From Octopus vulgaris (Eukaryota), in the NCBI GenBank assembly GCA_951406725.2, contig OX597818.1:127782001-127846000 (forward strand): a stretch of DNA of 64,000 nt, given 5' to 3'. The notes under the pieces were generated by a model that saw nothing but the letters and a program-made list of their open reading frames with translations, was not told the origin of the DNA and did no database searches. This document shows positions 50,386 to 64,000 of this stretch, one piece after another (position 1 is the stretch's first letter; every line of letters starts with the position of its first letter). Position numbers and translations under genes: made by a program.

Positions 50386-52839
50386 CCTTAGTGCTTTCAT
50401 TGGTATTTATATTTGTCAAACTCAGGGAAATGAAAAACAAAGTAGACTTGGGAGGGTTTGAACTCAGACCATTAAAGGATGTAAGCAAACACTACATGCT
50501 ATTTTGTTTGACACTTTCAATTTGGACTTCCAACACTGTTGCCAAACTGCAAATGAGTTGGATCAGTCTTAAGGCATTCTACAGCCAGATACTCTTCCAT
50601 TATTCACTTTCATGTAAACTACTAAATCCCATGTCTTCAGGCTGGAAATGAATAAATACCACTGCCCAAGCAATGCCAATGAAAAGATGGACTTCTATAC
50701 AGCTACAGTATCAAATTCCACTCACATAGTATTGACCTAAAGCTATTAGAAGGTACTTGCCTAAGGTGCTATGGAGTGGGATCAGACCCAAAACCAGAAG
50801 GCTACAATGTAAACTCCTGAACTTCCAAGCTATTTATTATTTGTAAATAATAAATTGAGCATTTAAGTTCAAAGAGTCCATCAAGCCAATCAATGGTTCA
50901 CTACATTTAGGAATGTTAGTATGACAAAAATTGTTTGTACACTTTGTACACTTAGCCTTTAGAAGGTTGTATTTCTGTCTGCTGAGACAGCTCAAACTAA
51001 CAATTGAAAATTTAGGCACATGCAAATTGTCAAACAAACTGCACTGAAATACATACAATCATGCATACATACACATCTTTGGTGAAATACACTTATGTGT
51101 GGCAGATTTGAACTTCCCTTAAAAGGATGTATGTCACAAGCTCAACCTTTAGCAACAAACATAACTGGATATTACCTAAAGTACAAACCATGAGTTCTAC
51201 AAATTACAAAAGAAAAAAAATATGGCTTTGTAACTTTCAAAGAAGAGAATATTAAAAATAATATAATAATAATAACGAAATTATTGTATACAGTGCTCAG
51301 GTGCACCACAACTTGTCAGAGTATATGCAGTAAGGTACAAATGTCTGGAAAGCGAACAATGCATGAGTCAGATACATGCTTGTGTGTGTATGGAGGGGAT
51401 TGTCATTGTAAACATGCCACTCAGTTCAATGCATCTATCAATGTCATCAGTTTGGGAAAGCAAGCAAATGTCACAGGTACTGCTTCTTCTCTTTTGACTA
51501 AGTTATAAAACAGACACACATACACATAGATAATTTTAAGGTATCACAAAGGGCACCTCAAAACACTCACTAAGCAGAAAGAGAGAGGACATCAAAAGAA
51601 AAACATTGAGTCAAAACAAAGGTACTCTAACAGACAACAAGTAATACATAATATTCATCATGAATAATTCTAACTTACTGCATACCAAACACACCTATCA
51701 GCCCCATATCAGCTAAACAAGAACTTACTTTATAAAAAGCAGTACACAGGCACTATCAGAAGTGGCTGCACATACACAATATTAAAAAAATGTTCATGGA
51801 CTTTCTATGCAGCAAAATAATAAAAACTACAAGAACATGTTTAAAGTTACACACAGAGGGACTGAACCCAGGACCATGTGGTTGGGAAGAGAACTTCTTA
51901 CCATACAGCCACGCCTGCAATTGTATGTAAAATTAATGCTATGCAAAGTGTCCTTTTTTTTAATAAAAAATAAATATATAATAGAATGTGATTTGAGGAA
52001 GATTTGGCAATTATTGTGCATCAAATCTAGTGATCATATAGAGGAATCTCTCATTGATTCCTAGGAGTTGTGTGTTGATCTCAGATGTCAATTCAGCAAA
52101 TTTCATGCCAGAGATCTATTTGATCCCCTGGACAGAACTACACCATTAACAAAAATGAATGGTCAAATTCATAACATTAATGACACTGACCACCGAAGGG
52201 GATCACTTTTATAGTTACAATTATGTTGCCAATAAAATAATAGACGCAGGAGTGGCTGTGTGGTAAGTAGCTTGTTAACCAACCACATGGTTCCGGGTTC
52301 AGTCCCACTGCATGGCACCTTGGGCAAGTGTCTTCTACTATAGCCTCAGGCCGACCAATGCCTTGTGAGTGGATTTGGTAGACGGAAACTGAAAGAAGCC
52401 CGTCGTATATATGTATATATATATATATATATATATGTGTGTTGTGTGTCTGTGTTTGTCCCCCTAGCATTGCTTGACAACCGATGCTGGTGTGTTTACG
52501 TCCACGTCAGTTAGCAGTTCGGCAAAAGTGACCGATAAAATAAGTACTGGGCTTACAAAGAATAAGTCCCAGGGTCGAGTTGCTCGACTAAAGGCAGTGC
52601 TCCAGCATGGCCGCAGTCAACTGACTGAAACAAGTAAAAGAGTAAAAGAGAGAGTCCAGCGGTTGTCTGGAAATATGTAACTGATATAGAAACAGTTTAG
52701 TCTAAGGGAGATAATCAGGAAAATTGATGATAGTAACTACAAGTTAGGTTTTCCCTCTCCCCGCAAGAACGTGTGTGTGTCTGCGCTCGCGCGCGTAATG
52801 TCCTGAGAGACTCTGGGAGTACCCTTAATTACCGTTATG

Positions 52840-53864
52840 CATTTATCCCAGACAGTCACTTAAGAACCGTTCCAGTTCCTGAATTCTTGGCAATGTTGCA
52901 AATCGGCGCATCAGTTTTACCCAAGTCCAAGAGGAGATCAAAAGCAGAATGTGTTATATACCCCCAGTCCACCCCCAGACAGAATTGTGGCAGTAATACT
53001 TGAAAAAACAACTGTAATAGCTATTATCTTTATACTGGGGAACTTCGGCAAACAACACGACTAAATAAGAGAGCCTTTCCTGTTCCATTATCAGTAAATT
53101 CCAGTCTGTTGTTGCTGAACCTGGTTAAAAATATGAGTTATAAATATAGATACATATATATATATACATGTATATATATATGTATGTATATGTATATATT
53201 TGTGTGTGATTGCTTAACAACCGATGTTGGTGTGTTTATGTTCCCGTAACTTAGGAGTTCAGCAAAAGAGACAGATAGAATAAGTACTAGCCTTACAAAG
53301 AATAAGTCCTGGGGTCGATTTCTTCGACTATAATCCTTTAAGACTGCTTGTTAGTCTGCAATAAGTATGGGTACATTGTCGTTGTTATACACTATTAATG
53401 TATAAACATGGCTGTGTGGTAAGAAGCTTGCTTCCCAACCACATGGTTCTGGGTTCAGTCTCACTGTGTGACACCTTGAGTATGTGTCTTCTACTATAGC
53501 CTCGGGCTGACCAAAGCCCTGTGAGTAGATTTGGTAGACAGAAACTGAAAGAAGCCTGTCATATATATATATATCATCATCATCATCATTTAGCGTCCGC
53601 TTTCCATGCTGGCATGGGTTGGACGGTGCAACTGGGGTCTGGGAAGCCAGAAGGCTGCACCAGGCCGTCTGATCCGGCAATGTTTCTATGGCTGGATGCC
53701 CTTCCTAACGCCAACCACTCCATGAGTGTAGTGGGTGCTTTTTACGTGCCACTGGCACAGGTGCCAGATGAGGCTGGCAAACGGCCATGATCGGATATAT
53801 GTATATATTTGAGTGTGTGATCGCTTGACTTCCGATGTTGTCAAGCGATCACACACACAAATAT

Positions 53865-53944
<80 letters not shown>

Positions 53945-55335
53945 ATGTATATATTTGTGTGTGATTGCTTGACAACCGATGTTGGTGTGTTAATGTTCCC
54001 ATAACTTAGGAGTTCAGCAAAAGAGACAGATAGAATAAGTACTAGCCTTACAAAGAATAAGTCCTGGGCTCGATTTCTTCAACTATAATCCTTTAAGATG
54101 GTGCTCCAGCATGGCTGCAGTCAAATGTCTAAAACAAGTAAAAGTACAAAAGCGATGTCTCTATTATTAGACGACAGACTTCAAAATTGTTGTGTCGAGA
54201 TGAACGCAGCTCTATTCTTGAAGTTCTTAACTATTTATATCTTTGAGCTTGTCAATGACCATGGCATTGAAGGTGTCATCTGTGTGCCCTATTTCCAGAC
54301 TAAATCTGTTGAGCATGATGCTTGAAATCTTGGACAAGTTTATCAGAATACTTGGAACAAAGCTGAAGTAGCACACAGAAAGTTAACTGTATGTTGAAAA
54401 AACGCCCCAAGACTCTTAGGTTTCTGTATTGCATCCTACTGGGCATCATTTTCCGGTAATCCAAGTATAAGGACTGTCTATCAGTTAGTAGTGCAAATTT
54501 TACCATTGATTTTTCAAAGATCTTAAAATAAACTTGAACTTAACACTATGTATAGAAGACACAGAAAGTAGTAAAGTTGACTGGAGTCTGCAATATAGCA
54601 TCTCCTATTGATACTGTTACAACTTCTGTCACATTGGCCTTCAGCAGGGAAACCTTCCTTTCTTCATCTTTATAACTTTTTTGTTCCATGTGTAACAGGA
54701 TGGGATGTTATGGTACAGAAATGTTTCTGCAAAAGGAATGATACTGGCTCAGCTTGAAAAAAAGACTGGAATTGTTGTGTCCCTTGGACCGTGTACATGG
54801 CTGCTTCATGTAAGTATGTAAATGTAAGTGCAGGTGTGGCTGTGTGGTAAGAAACTTGTTTCCCAACCACATGGTTCTAGGTTCAGGCCTACTACGTGGC
54901 ACCTTGTAGTAGTTGCTTCAATGTAGTAAATCCACTGGCAATTTTCCAGATTAACAAGTTATTGAATGCTGAAGTATCTTCCTGAATGGGAAATATGAAA
55001 AAGCACCAGAAAGCCTAATTGCTGCTGATGTGTTGTCCCTGATGGAACTGGGTAACTTCATTTTAGCTGTTCACTGCATCAGAGCAAACACAATAGTGTC
55101 GAATCTCTTGAAGATGATTTGCAGACATATTTCATGAACTTTACTGCATTGCAAGCTGTCTCTTTACTCTTTTACATGTTTCAGTTACTTGACTGCGGCC
55201 ATGCTGGAGACCCCGGGACTTATTCTTTGTAAGCCCAGTACTTATTCTATCGGTCTCTTTTGCCGAACCGCTAAGTGACAGGGACATAAACACACCAGCA
55301 TCGGTTGTCAAGCAATGCTAGGGGGACAAACACAG

Positions 55336-55376
<41 letters not shown>

Positions 55377-56040
55377 CGACAAGCTTCTTTCAGTTTCCGT
55401 CTACCAAATCCACTCACAAGGCTTTGGTCGGCCCGAGGCTATAGTAGAAGACACTTGCCCAAGGTGCCATGCAGTGGGACTGAACCCGGTACCATGTGGT
55501 TAGTAAACAAGCTACTTACTACACAGCCACTTCTGCGCCTATGTATGCATTAAATGTCTTGATAAGGAGTGGGTACTAGACAACTATCTATCTGTTGCCA
55601 ATTTCAAGCTGTCTGATAAAAACACTTGTAAACTGCCGTTCTCTGTAGCTCTTCTGTAAAAGATGTAGTCATCTTCACTTGTCTAAATCTTTTTGACAAA
55701 TGGCCTTGGAAAATAAATATATTGTCTTCGATGCAAGATGAATTTCTGTTGACACCACATGGACCCATGAACCATCTCATTAAAATTATACTGGAAGCAC
55801 AGTTAATATGATGATAGTAATTTGATTGGAGTAAATGTTGTTTGTTAACTAGGTCTATGTACACATAGAAAAGACCAATATTCGGCACTTAGTTAAATCC
55901 ACCATTTTTCTCAGTTTTAATGCGAGATCATACCCAGTCAATGTATGTTTACCCAGGAATGACCACTTTGTGAATTCCTTTCCACTTGGAGTCACAAATG
56001 AAAGTAATGAAGCTTTATGAACTGCCATTCATCGCTTTAC
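52840..56040 (-). pseudogene. Fragmented Helitron RepHel (Rep plus PIF1 helicase), interrupted by SINEs
   Basis: In order on the minus strand: FITFICDSKWK (about 56000), MVHG/PCG (about 55770), PRDTT..YTWNKK (about 54700), NGKICTT..LGLPENDAQ (about 54480), GTGK Walker A (about 53080), HSAFDLLLDLGKTDAPICNIAKNSGTGTVLK (about 52900). Heavily frameshifted. Confidence 0.8.
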
Positions 56041-59000
56041 ATCTGCTTTCCATGCCGGCATAGGAAGAATGGGTCATCAATGACAGTCCTTATTTAGAAT
56101 TACTAACCTCCTAGACAGGCCAGAGAAGATTTGTCCTAGACAGGTCAGAGAAGATTTGATGGACAAAAATCAATGAAAGAAACCCATCGTATGTATTTAC
56201 ATATGTGTGATTACATCTGCACTTTTCCAAAAATCACTTTGCTAGAAATACTATCAGATGATTTAAACTGTAACTGTGGTTAAAAAGCTCACTCTGGAAC
56301 CATATGGTTTCCGGGTTCAGTCCACTGCAAATCTACTACAGCCCCAAGATGAGCAATGCCTTGTGAGTGAATTTGGTAAACAGAAACTGTGCAGAAGCTT
56401 GTTGTGCATGTGTCTCTCTTGCTTTCTGTTTGTCCTCCCACCACTTAACAACTGGTGTTGGTTTGTTTGCATCCCATACTTGGTGGTTCAACAAAAGAAA
56501 CTGACAAAATAAGTACCAGACAGTAAAAGGGTAGATACTGGGGTTGATTTGTTCAGGCCCTTCAAGGTGGTGCCCATCACAGCCACAGTCCAATGACTGA
56601 AACAGCTAAAAGATAAAAGACATACATGGTGATTCAAAAGTCTATTTAGCATTTAGCATACAGATGTAGTTGTGTGGTTAAGAAGCTTGTTTCCCAAATA
56701 CATGTTTTCTGGTTCAATCCCAGCATGGCACCATGGATAAGAGTCTTCTACAATAGCCCCATGCTGACAAAGCCTTGTGAGTGGATTTGGTAGATGGAAA
56801 CTGAAAGAAGCTCATTGTGTGCATGTGTGTATGTTACTGTCTCCTTGTCTTAAAATCACATGATATTTGTAAATGGTGTAGGTGGGTGCCCTCATAACTT
56901 GGTGGTTTGGCAGAAGAGAACAGTAAAATAAGTATCAGACTTAACAAAAAAATAAGTACTAAGGTCAATTCATTCAGCTAAAAATTCTTTAGGTGGTGGC
57001 CCAGCATGGCTGCAGTCTAACAACTGAAACAAGTACAAGGTAAATGACATCATTGTACAAATTGTATCAACTATATCCAATCTTCCATGAAACATGCCTG
57101 TTTGTGGGGGGAAAATATTACCCAAGTGTGGCTGTGGTAAGAAACACACACACACACACATATACGATGGGCTTCTTTCAGTTTCTATCTACCAAATCCT
57201 TGCACAAGGCTTTGGTTAGCCCAAGGCTATGGTAGAAGACATTTGCCCAAGGTGCCACGTAGTAGGCCTGAACCTAGAACCATGTGGTTGGGAAACAAGT
57301 TTCTTACCACACAGCCACACCTGCACTTACATTTACATACTTACATGAAGAAGCCATGTATTCACCTCTTCAACAAAACACTTGCTCCTATTCTTCTATT
57401 ATATTTTCATCTCCCTCAGTACTATGCCTCACCCAGTTGAGGGAACTTGTCTTGAAAGTACTTGGTGACCTCACCAGTGCTGGTGCCATGAAAGAAAGCA
57501 CCCAGCACACTCTGTGAGGTGGTTGGCATTAGGAAGGGCATCCAGCTGTAGAAGCCTTACTAAAGCAGACACTGAAGTTTAATGTAGCTCATCAGTTCAT
57601 GCCAATCTATCCAACACATGCCAGCATGAAAAAAGTGATGCTAAATGCTGATAATGATGATGATACAGGTGTATGGTATTATATTTACATATACACATGT
57701 ACATATACTCAGGTGAGATACATGTAAGAAACATAACTATTTGCATGTAATTAGGATATCTTCAATCTGAAATACAGAAAACATTAGAAACTCAGATGAG
57801 TGAACAATGATGGAAAGCAGAGTGGAGAGAACGTGGGAGTGAGTGATATAATGATGATGATGATGATGATGGAAAGATTAACTACTAGGAAAGATAACAA
57901 CCCTGTGGTAAAAAATATACAGGTCAACAGCTGGAGATATGCCCGTGTTACAATAACAGATTCCAAAATTTAAAAAATGCACTGACGTTTCAGTAAAATT
58001 AAAAGCACCATTGCAGCTAGTCTTGGCATTTTGGAATTTCCACATGGATTCTTCTTACAATATATTTCTTTACTACCCACAAGGGGCTAAACACAGAGGG
58101 GACAAACAAGGACAGACAAACGGATTAAGTCGATTACATCGACCCCAGTGCGTAACTGGTGCTTAATTTATCGACCCCGAAAGGATGAAAGGCAAAGTCG
58201 ACCTCCACGGAATTTGAACCCAGAACATAACGGCAGACGAAATACGGCTACGCATTTCGCCCAGCGTGCTAACGTTTCTGCCAGCTCACCGCCTTTCTTC
58301 TTACAATAGTTTATACACACATGCACATATCATATATATATATACACACACACAAACATACACAAGCATGAGTATGTGGATATGAAATTCGTTTTGCAAC
58401 CATGTTTTCAGATTAAGTCTCAATGTGCGACACCAGTGACTTCTTTACGATGGCCCCAGGCAAAGCAATGCCATGCAACTGAATTTGGTACACAGCAGCT
58501 GCGCATGTCTGCAAATGTGCATGAATGTCAATGCACTATGTTTGTCATCGCTTGAGTCAAACGGTGAAGCTTTTGAAGTTCCTTGTTGACATTAGACAAC
58601 TGGTCTTTGTGTGCTTTTAAAGAGCTCATCATCATCATTTTAACATCCGCTTTTCCATGCTTGCATGAGGTGGACAGAGTTTATTGAGGCAAATTTTCTA
58701 TGACTGAAAGCCCGTCCTGTTGCCAACCTCCATCTCTGATTTCAAGCAAAGCAATATTTCTCCATGGCCTGATATCCTTCTGCAAAATATGTGGAACAAG
58801 TGACACTGCTTGTAAGCACAGTGGCACTTACAAGTACTGCATAAGATCAAGACAAGGAGACATGCACACGCAGTCACAGAGTCACAGGCCTCTTTCAGAG
58901 TCTGTCTACCAAATTCACTCACAAGAACTTGCTCAGCTTAGGGCTATGGTAGAAGGTGCCATGCAGTGAGACTTTAGCAGGAACTATGTAGTTGGGAAGC

Positions 59001-60349
59001 AAACTTCTTAACCACACAGCAACATCTGCAACTCTGGATTAAAAATCAGGTAAAGTTTAGTGATAAGACAAGAATCTAGCAGTAAAATCTTGCCTCAGAT
59101 AATAACTCTTCACGTAACCCATGCTAGTTTCAAAAAACATATTAAACAAATATATACCAAAACAAATCTATACAGAAACAAATATATACAGATAAGACAG
59201 TTCTCATGCTGTAATGACTACAATGATGCTAAATAAAAGGCAGAAAACACTCTGCACATTTATGACACAATACTTAATGCATTTTGGAACTACACTGATG
59301 GAACATGGTTTTAACATCATCACATGTTAGCATGTATATTTGAAAGATGATGGGGAAATAGTCTCACATCAAAACATTAATCATTTACTGCATTATACAC
59401 TGAATTATATTTCAATATTTGAATTGGAATTTACTTTTTAATCATCATCATCAACAGTCAACATTCATTTCCATGCTGGCATTGGTTGGACAGCTTGACA
59501 GAAACTGACATGGTCAGGGCCCACACCAGGTTCCATAGTCTGTTTTGGATTGAAGCCCTTCCTATTGCCAACCACTCCACAGAGTGTACTGGGTGCTTTT
59601 TACACGACATCAGCACCCACACCAATGTTTTTTACATGACACCTAGGTTTTAGGATCTTAATTCTGTAGTGGTTGGCGGGTCTTCTCAAGTACAGTAATA
59701 CACCAATATCTCAGTCCTCTGTCATCTCCTTCATAAGGTTCAGCATTTTGAGATCGAAATAATATTTAGCCCCAAGCCACCAAAGCCTTGTGAGTGGATT
59801 TGGTAAACAGAAACTGAGAAAAGCCCGTCATGTGTGTGTGTGTGTGTGTGTGCGTGTGCATATTTGCATTCCCTTGTTTTTATGCTGTGAGATAGTTATT
59901 AAAAAAAAATGAACATCGCTGTCATATAAGCAGTGTCAATCATTTCCAATATTCTGCAATAACATGTCTGTCCTTGCTTGAAAACAGGTGGTGATTGGCA
60001 AGAGGAATGGCATTCAGCCACAGAAAATCTGCCTCAATAAACTCCATCAACCCATACAAGCATGAAAAAGTGGGCGTTAAAATGATGATGATGAATACTT
60101 AAAATCTTCCACTGTATAGGCACTGTCTACCTTGTTTTAAGGTAAGAAATACATTTTCCTCCAGAGTCCTTGAGCTGTTACTTATCTCTCACTGTTATTC
60201 AAATGAATCAGTCTAGATTTCAGTGTCATCTGACACGCTGATTAACTTTCAGGAATTTAGATGACTTAAAGTGAAGTCTGTTTGCATTCTTTGTAATACA
60301 AATGAACTGCAAAGAATGCAAACAGAAGGCACATTTCTGAGTATATATA

Positions 60350-61624
60350 CAAGGGCTGGACAAAATAATGGAAACACCTTAAAATTTCAAACAAATTTAT
60401 TTTAATATGAGGTAGGACTGCCTTTGGCAGTAATTACAGCCTGAATTCTACGAGGTATGGACTCGTACAAAGTCTGAATTGTTTCCAAAGGAATTTTTGT
60501 CCATTCTTCAGCTAAAACAGTCTCCAGTTCTTGTAATGATGATGGTGGAGGATATCGATTGACTCCTTACTTGTTTTTCTATAATGCACCATAAATATTC
60601 AATAATATCGAGATCTAGGGACTGTGGTGGCCAGATAAGATGTTCAACTTCACTAGAATGTTCCTCATGCCATTCAGTAACAACTTTAGCTTTGTGAATT
60701 GGTGTATTATCATCCTGAAAGATTGTTTCCCTCCAGAAACAGTTCTGCAACCATTGGATGAATTTGATCAGATAAAATACTTAAATAGTCCTGACTATTA
60801 ATTCTACCATGAAGGGAAACCATTGGGCCGGCAGATCTCCAAGATATAGCCCCACTAGATCATCACAGATCCTCCTCCATGTTTAACAGTTGGAAGAAGG
60901 CAGTCTGGGTCAAATGCTTCTTTTGGCTGTCTCCACACGTATACTTGGCCGGTGGTATGAAATAAGGCAAAGGATGATTCGTCCAACAAAATAACATTCT
61001 TCCACTGCTCTAGGGACCAATTCTGTAGGTTTTTACTCCACTCTAAACACTTTGCAACGTTTGTTTTTGAAAGTAGTGGTTTTCTGATTGCAGCCCTCCC
61101 ATGAAATCTGGCTTTGTGCAGCTCCCAGCGAACAATTTTTGTGGAAGCTGGGTTCTCGAGGTAGTCATTAAGATCTGCAGTATTTTGGGAGCTTTACTTT
61201 TGTGATCCGTTGTAGCAATTTGCGTAAGAGTCCAACGGTCCCTACCTGAAAGTTTTCATTTTCTTCCACAGTTTTGTTTCAACAAAGAAGTTTTTCCCTC
61301 TTTCTCAAAGGCTGTCATTACTTTCAAGACAGTACTTCTTGATACACCAAACATTTCAGCTGTTTTCATTATGCTAGCACCTGCCATACAAGCACCAACA
61401 ATCTGACCTCTTTGAAAGTCTGATAGATCTGTCATTTTAATGAATTTTAATTACCTTTCTCAGATGATATCTGAAAAGAAACAGCAATTTTAGCAAAACA
61501 TATTAAGCAACACTAATAATAAATCAAAAAACATAAAAATAAACAAGCTTTTGACGATTTTATAGATATTTCAAAATTCTGATGCTATGATGCTAGGTGT
61601 TTCCATTATTTCATCCAAGCCCTA
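60350..61624 (-). mobile_element. Near full-length Tc1-superfamily element with DD36E-spaced transposase pseudogene (about 60402-61435)
   Basis: TA-flanked imperfect TIRs of about 29 bp (agggctggacaaaataatggaaacacct). N-terminus MTDLSDFQRGQIVGACMAGAS. Catalytic segment QDDNTPIH...WPPQSLDLDIIE with 36 residues between D and E. Frameshifted. Confidence 0.85.
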
Positions 61625-61851
61625 TATATACATCTATAGGCATGGCTGTGTGGTTATGACATTCATTTCAGAACCATGTGGTTTCAAGTTCAGTCCTGTT
61701 GTGTGGAACCTTGGGCAAGTGTCTTCTATAAAACTTTTGCCTTAAAAAGAAGACAATTAAGGGTTGATAAGAAAAGTGTCCAGCCTTTGCCAAACCCATG
61801 CCAACATGGAAAGCACGAAACATAAAACAATAATAAGGATGCTATTTCATA

Positions 61852-61892
<41 letters not shown>

Positions 61893-61950
61893 TTTTATGA
61901 ATTTGTTTTGCAAGATTCTTGATGTGAAATCATGTGTTGAAACAGATATT

Positions 61951-62315
61951 GTTATATTTCAAGATGGTCGTTTTTTATTTATTTATTTTTTTGCTTGCCA
62001 AATAAACACATGCACTATATATTCAATTTTCACCCATTTATTATTGGTCTCATTTTATCTTATGTCCATTGTCTAGAAATCATCACACACCTGTGACCTC
62101 TAGAAAGACAGAGGACTAAACAGAACAGGAGGAGACACGTGGGATGCAAGAGTCACTGAACAGGTCACAGGTGTGTGACGAAAGATTTCCAGGCAGTGGA
62201 CATAAGATAAAATAAGAAAAATAATAAATGAGTGAAGAATGAATGTATTGTGTGTGTATTTATTTGACAAGAAAATATATTCTTTTAATTTTAAAAATGA
62301 GCACCCCGAAATATA

Positions 62316-62317
<2 letters not shown>
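61951..62317. repeat. Diverged foldback element (arms of about 150 bp, spacer of about 60 bp)
   Basis: attttatcttatgtcca..cacacacctgtgacct pairs with aggtcacaggtgtgtg..tggacataagataaaat. Pairing extends to gttatatttc/gaaatataac. Confidence 0.75.
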
Positions 62318-62633
<316 letters not shown>

Positions 62634-62700
62634 TCAAATAAAATGAGGCAACAAAGCAAAGGGTGTGTGGAATTTTCAGGACATTTATATAGAGAAAGTT

Positions 62701-62750
62701 CATCTTATAGTTGTTTCTGAGATATTAGGGATATCCCTTCATCAGAAACG
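62701..62750 (-). ncRNA. Degenerate minimal hammerhead ribozyme
   Basis: CGUUU-CUGAUGA-A-GGGAUAU..AUAUCUC-A-GAAAC-AACU-AUA-AGAUG on the minus strand. Core intact, stems I and III carry wobbles or mismatches. Confidence 0.5.
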
Positions 62751-62889
62751 ATGCGAAGTGGTTAAATAGTTATAAATATGAGAGTTCTATATAAGGAGTT
62801 ATATTGGAAAAGGAAGCAAATAAGGAGTATATAGGGAAATAGGAGAATGAATGTAAAAATAAAAATATATAAAGATTAGTTTTTGTGTG

Positions 62890-63961
62890 TGGCAGATGCA
62901 CAGAAGTAATAAACACTGAAGATGTACAGAAAATAGGTTCCATCACACCGGGGGATAAAACTAGAAGTAGTTAAAAGCTTTCGCTACCTAGGCGACCAAG
63001 TCTGTAGTGGGGGGGGGAGAGGTTGCTCTGAGAGTGTAGCAGATAGAATAAGAATAGCTAGCGCAAAGTTCAGGGAGCTTCTACCTCTGCTGGCAACTAA
63101 GAGCCTCTCGCTCAGGATGAAAGGTAGACTGTATGATGCATGTGTGCAAACTGCCATGCTACACGGCAGTGAAACACAGGCCATGACTGCTGAGTACATG
63201 CTTAGGCTTGAAAGAAATGAAGCTAGTATGATCCGCTGGGTGTGTAATGTCAGTGTGTATACACGACAGAGTGTAAGTGCTTTGAGAGAAAAGTTGGACA
63301 TAAGAAGCATCAAATGTGGTGTGCAGGAGAGATTGTGCTGGCATGGTCATGTGTTGAGGACAGCTGTGTGAGGAAGTGCCACTCCCTACCTGTGGAAGAG
63401 GTAGACCCAGGAAGACATGGGATGAGCCAGTGATGCATGACCTTCGAAAATTGGGCCTCATAGAGGCAATGACAGGAGACCAAGACCTTTGGAGATATGC
63501 TGTGCTTGAGAAGACCCAGCAACTAAAGTGAGATCACAGCCATAGCTGACGGAATGTTGCATGTCCAGCCCAGTTAAGAGTGCCCTTGATGTGCCAGGCG
63601 ATATGATATGCTTGAGAAGACTTGGTGACTCAAGTAAAACCAATATTGTAGCTGTGGCCAGTGCCCACTGATTGGCTCTCGTGCCGGTGGCACATAAAAA
63701 GCACCATCCAAATGTGGCCAATGCCAGTACCCACTGACTGGCCCCAGTAACGGTGGCATGTAAAAAGCACAATATGAATGTGATCAATGCCAGGCCTGCC
63801 TGACTGGCTCCTGTACTAATGCTGTGCATTAAGAAGGGCATCCAGCTGTAGAAACCTTGTAGAAAGATTGGAGCCTGGTGCAGCCGCTGGCTCTCCAGAC
63901 CTCAGTCAAACCATCCAACCCATGCCTGCATGGAAAACGGACATTAAACAATGATGATGAT
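62890..63961 (+). mobile_element. 5'-truncated RTE-clade LINE (ORF C-terminus plus 3' UTR, (GAT)n tail)
   Basis: VVKSFRYLGD, AKFRELLPLL, KGRLYDACVQTAMLHGSET, WHGHV and RGRPRKTWDE motifs, followed by the repeat-unit 3' UTR and ATG/GAT tail. Confidence 0.85.
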
Positions 63962-64000
63962 AGTTGCAGTTCCATTATCCAAAAATAGTGGTATGTAGAA

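Noticed and set aside
50837-51058. 73-aa ORF with a plausible acceptor
   Set aside because: No canonical donor or homology signal, and it ends in a stop within presumed intronic sequence.

Overview
AT-rich, repeat-dense animal genomic DNA. The SINE, RTE and microsatellite repertoire matches what I recall of octopus (coleoid cephalopod) genomes, but the organism is inferred. Almost all ORFs in the supplied track are spurious translations of repeats. Real coding content: the first three coding exons of a minus-strand type II membrane protein gene resembling KIAA2013/DUF2152 (28871-28923, 14038-14135, 2949-3068, continuing off the left edge), with a candidate core promoter at about 28958-29003, and one candidate terminal coding exon of an unidentified minus-strand gene (44142-44324). 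The rest is a TE landscape: three or four tRNA-derived SINE families, many 5'-truncated RTE LINE 3' ends with hairpin-unit tandem arrays, CR1 and L1/Tx1-like fragments, Tc1/mariner relics (including a near full-length DD36E element), a fragmented Helitron RepHel, and hAT and TTAA MITEs. Most notable hunt result: several unrelated elements inserted at microsatellites carry minimal hammerhead-ribozyme-like motifs shortly before their 3' ends. One is canonical (8708-8750), one has an apparent compensatory G3:C8 core (43780-43829), and others are decayed, which suggests a set of Penelope-like or retrozyme-like ribozyme retroelements. All repeat boundaries were read by eye and are approximate unless a TSD or TIR is quoted.
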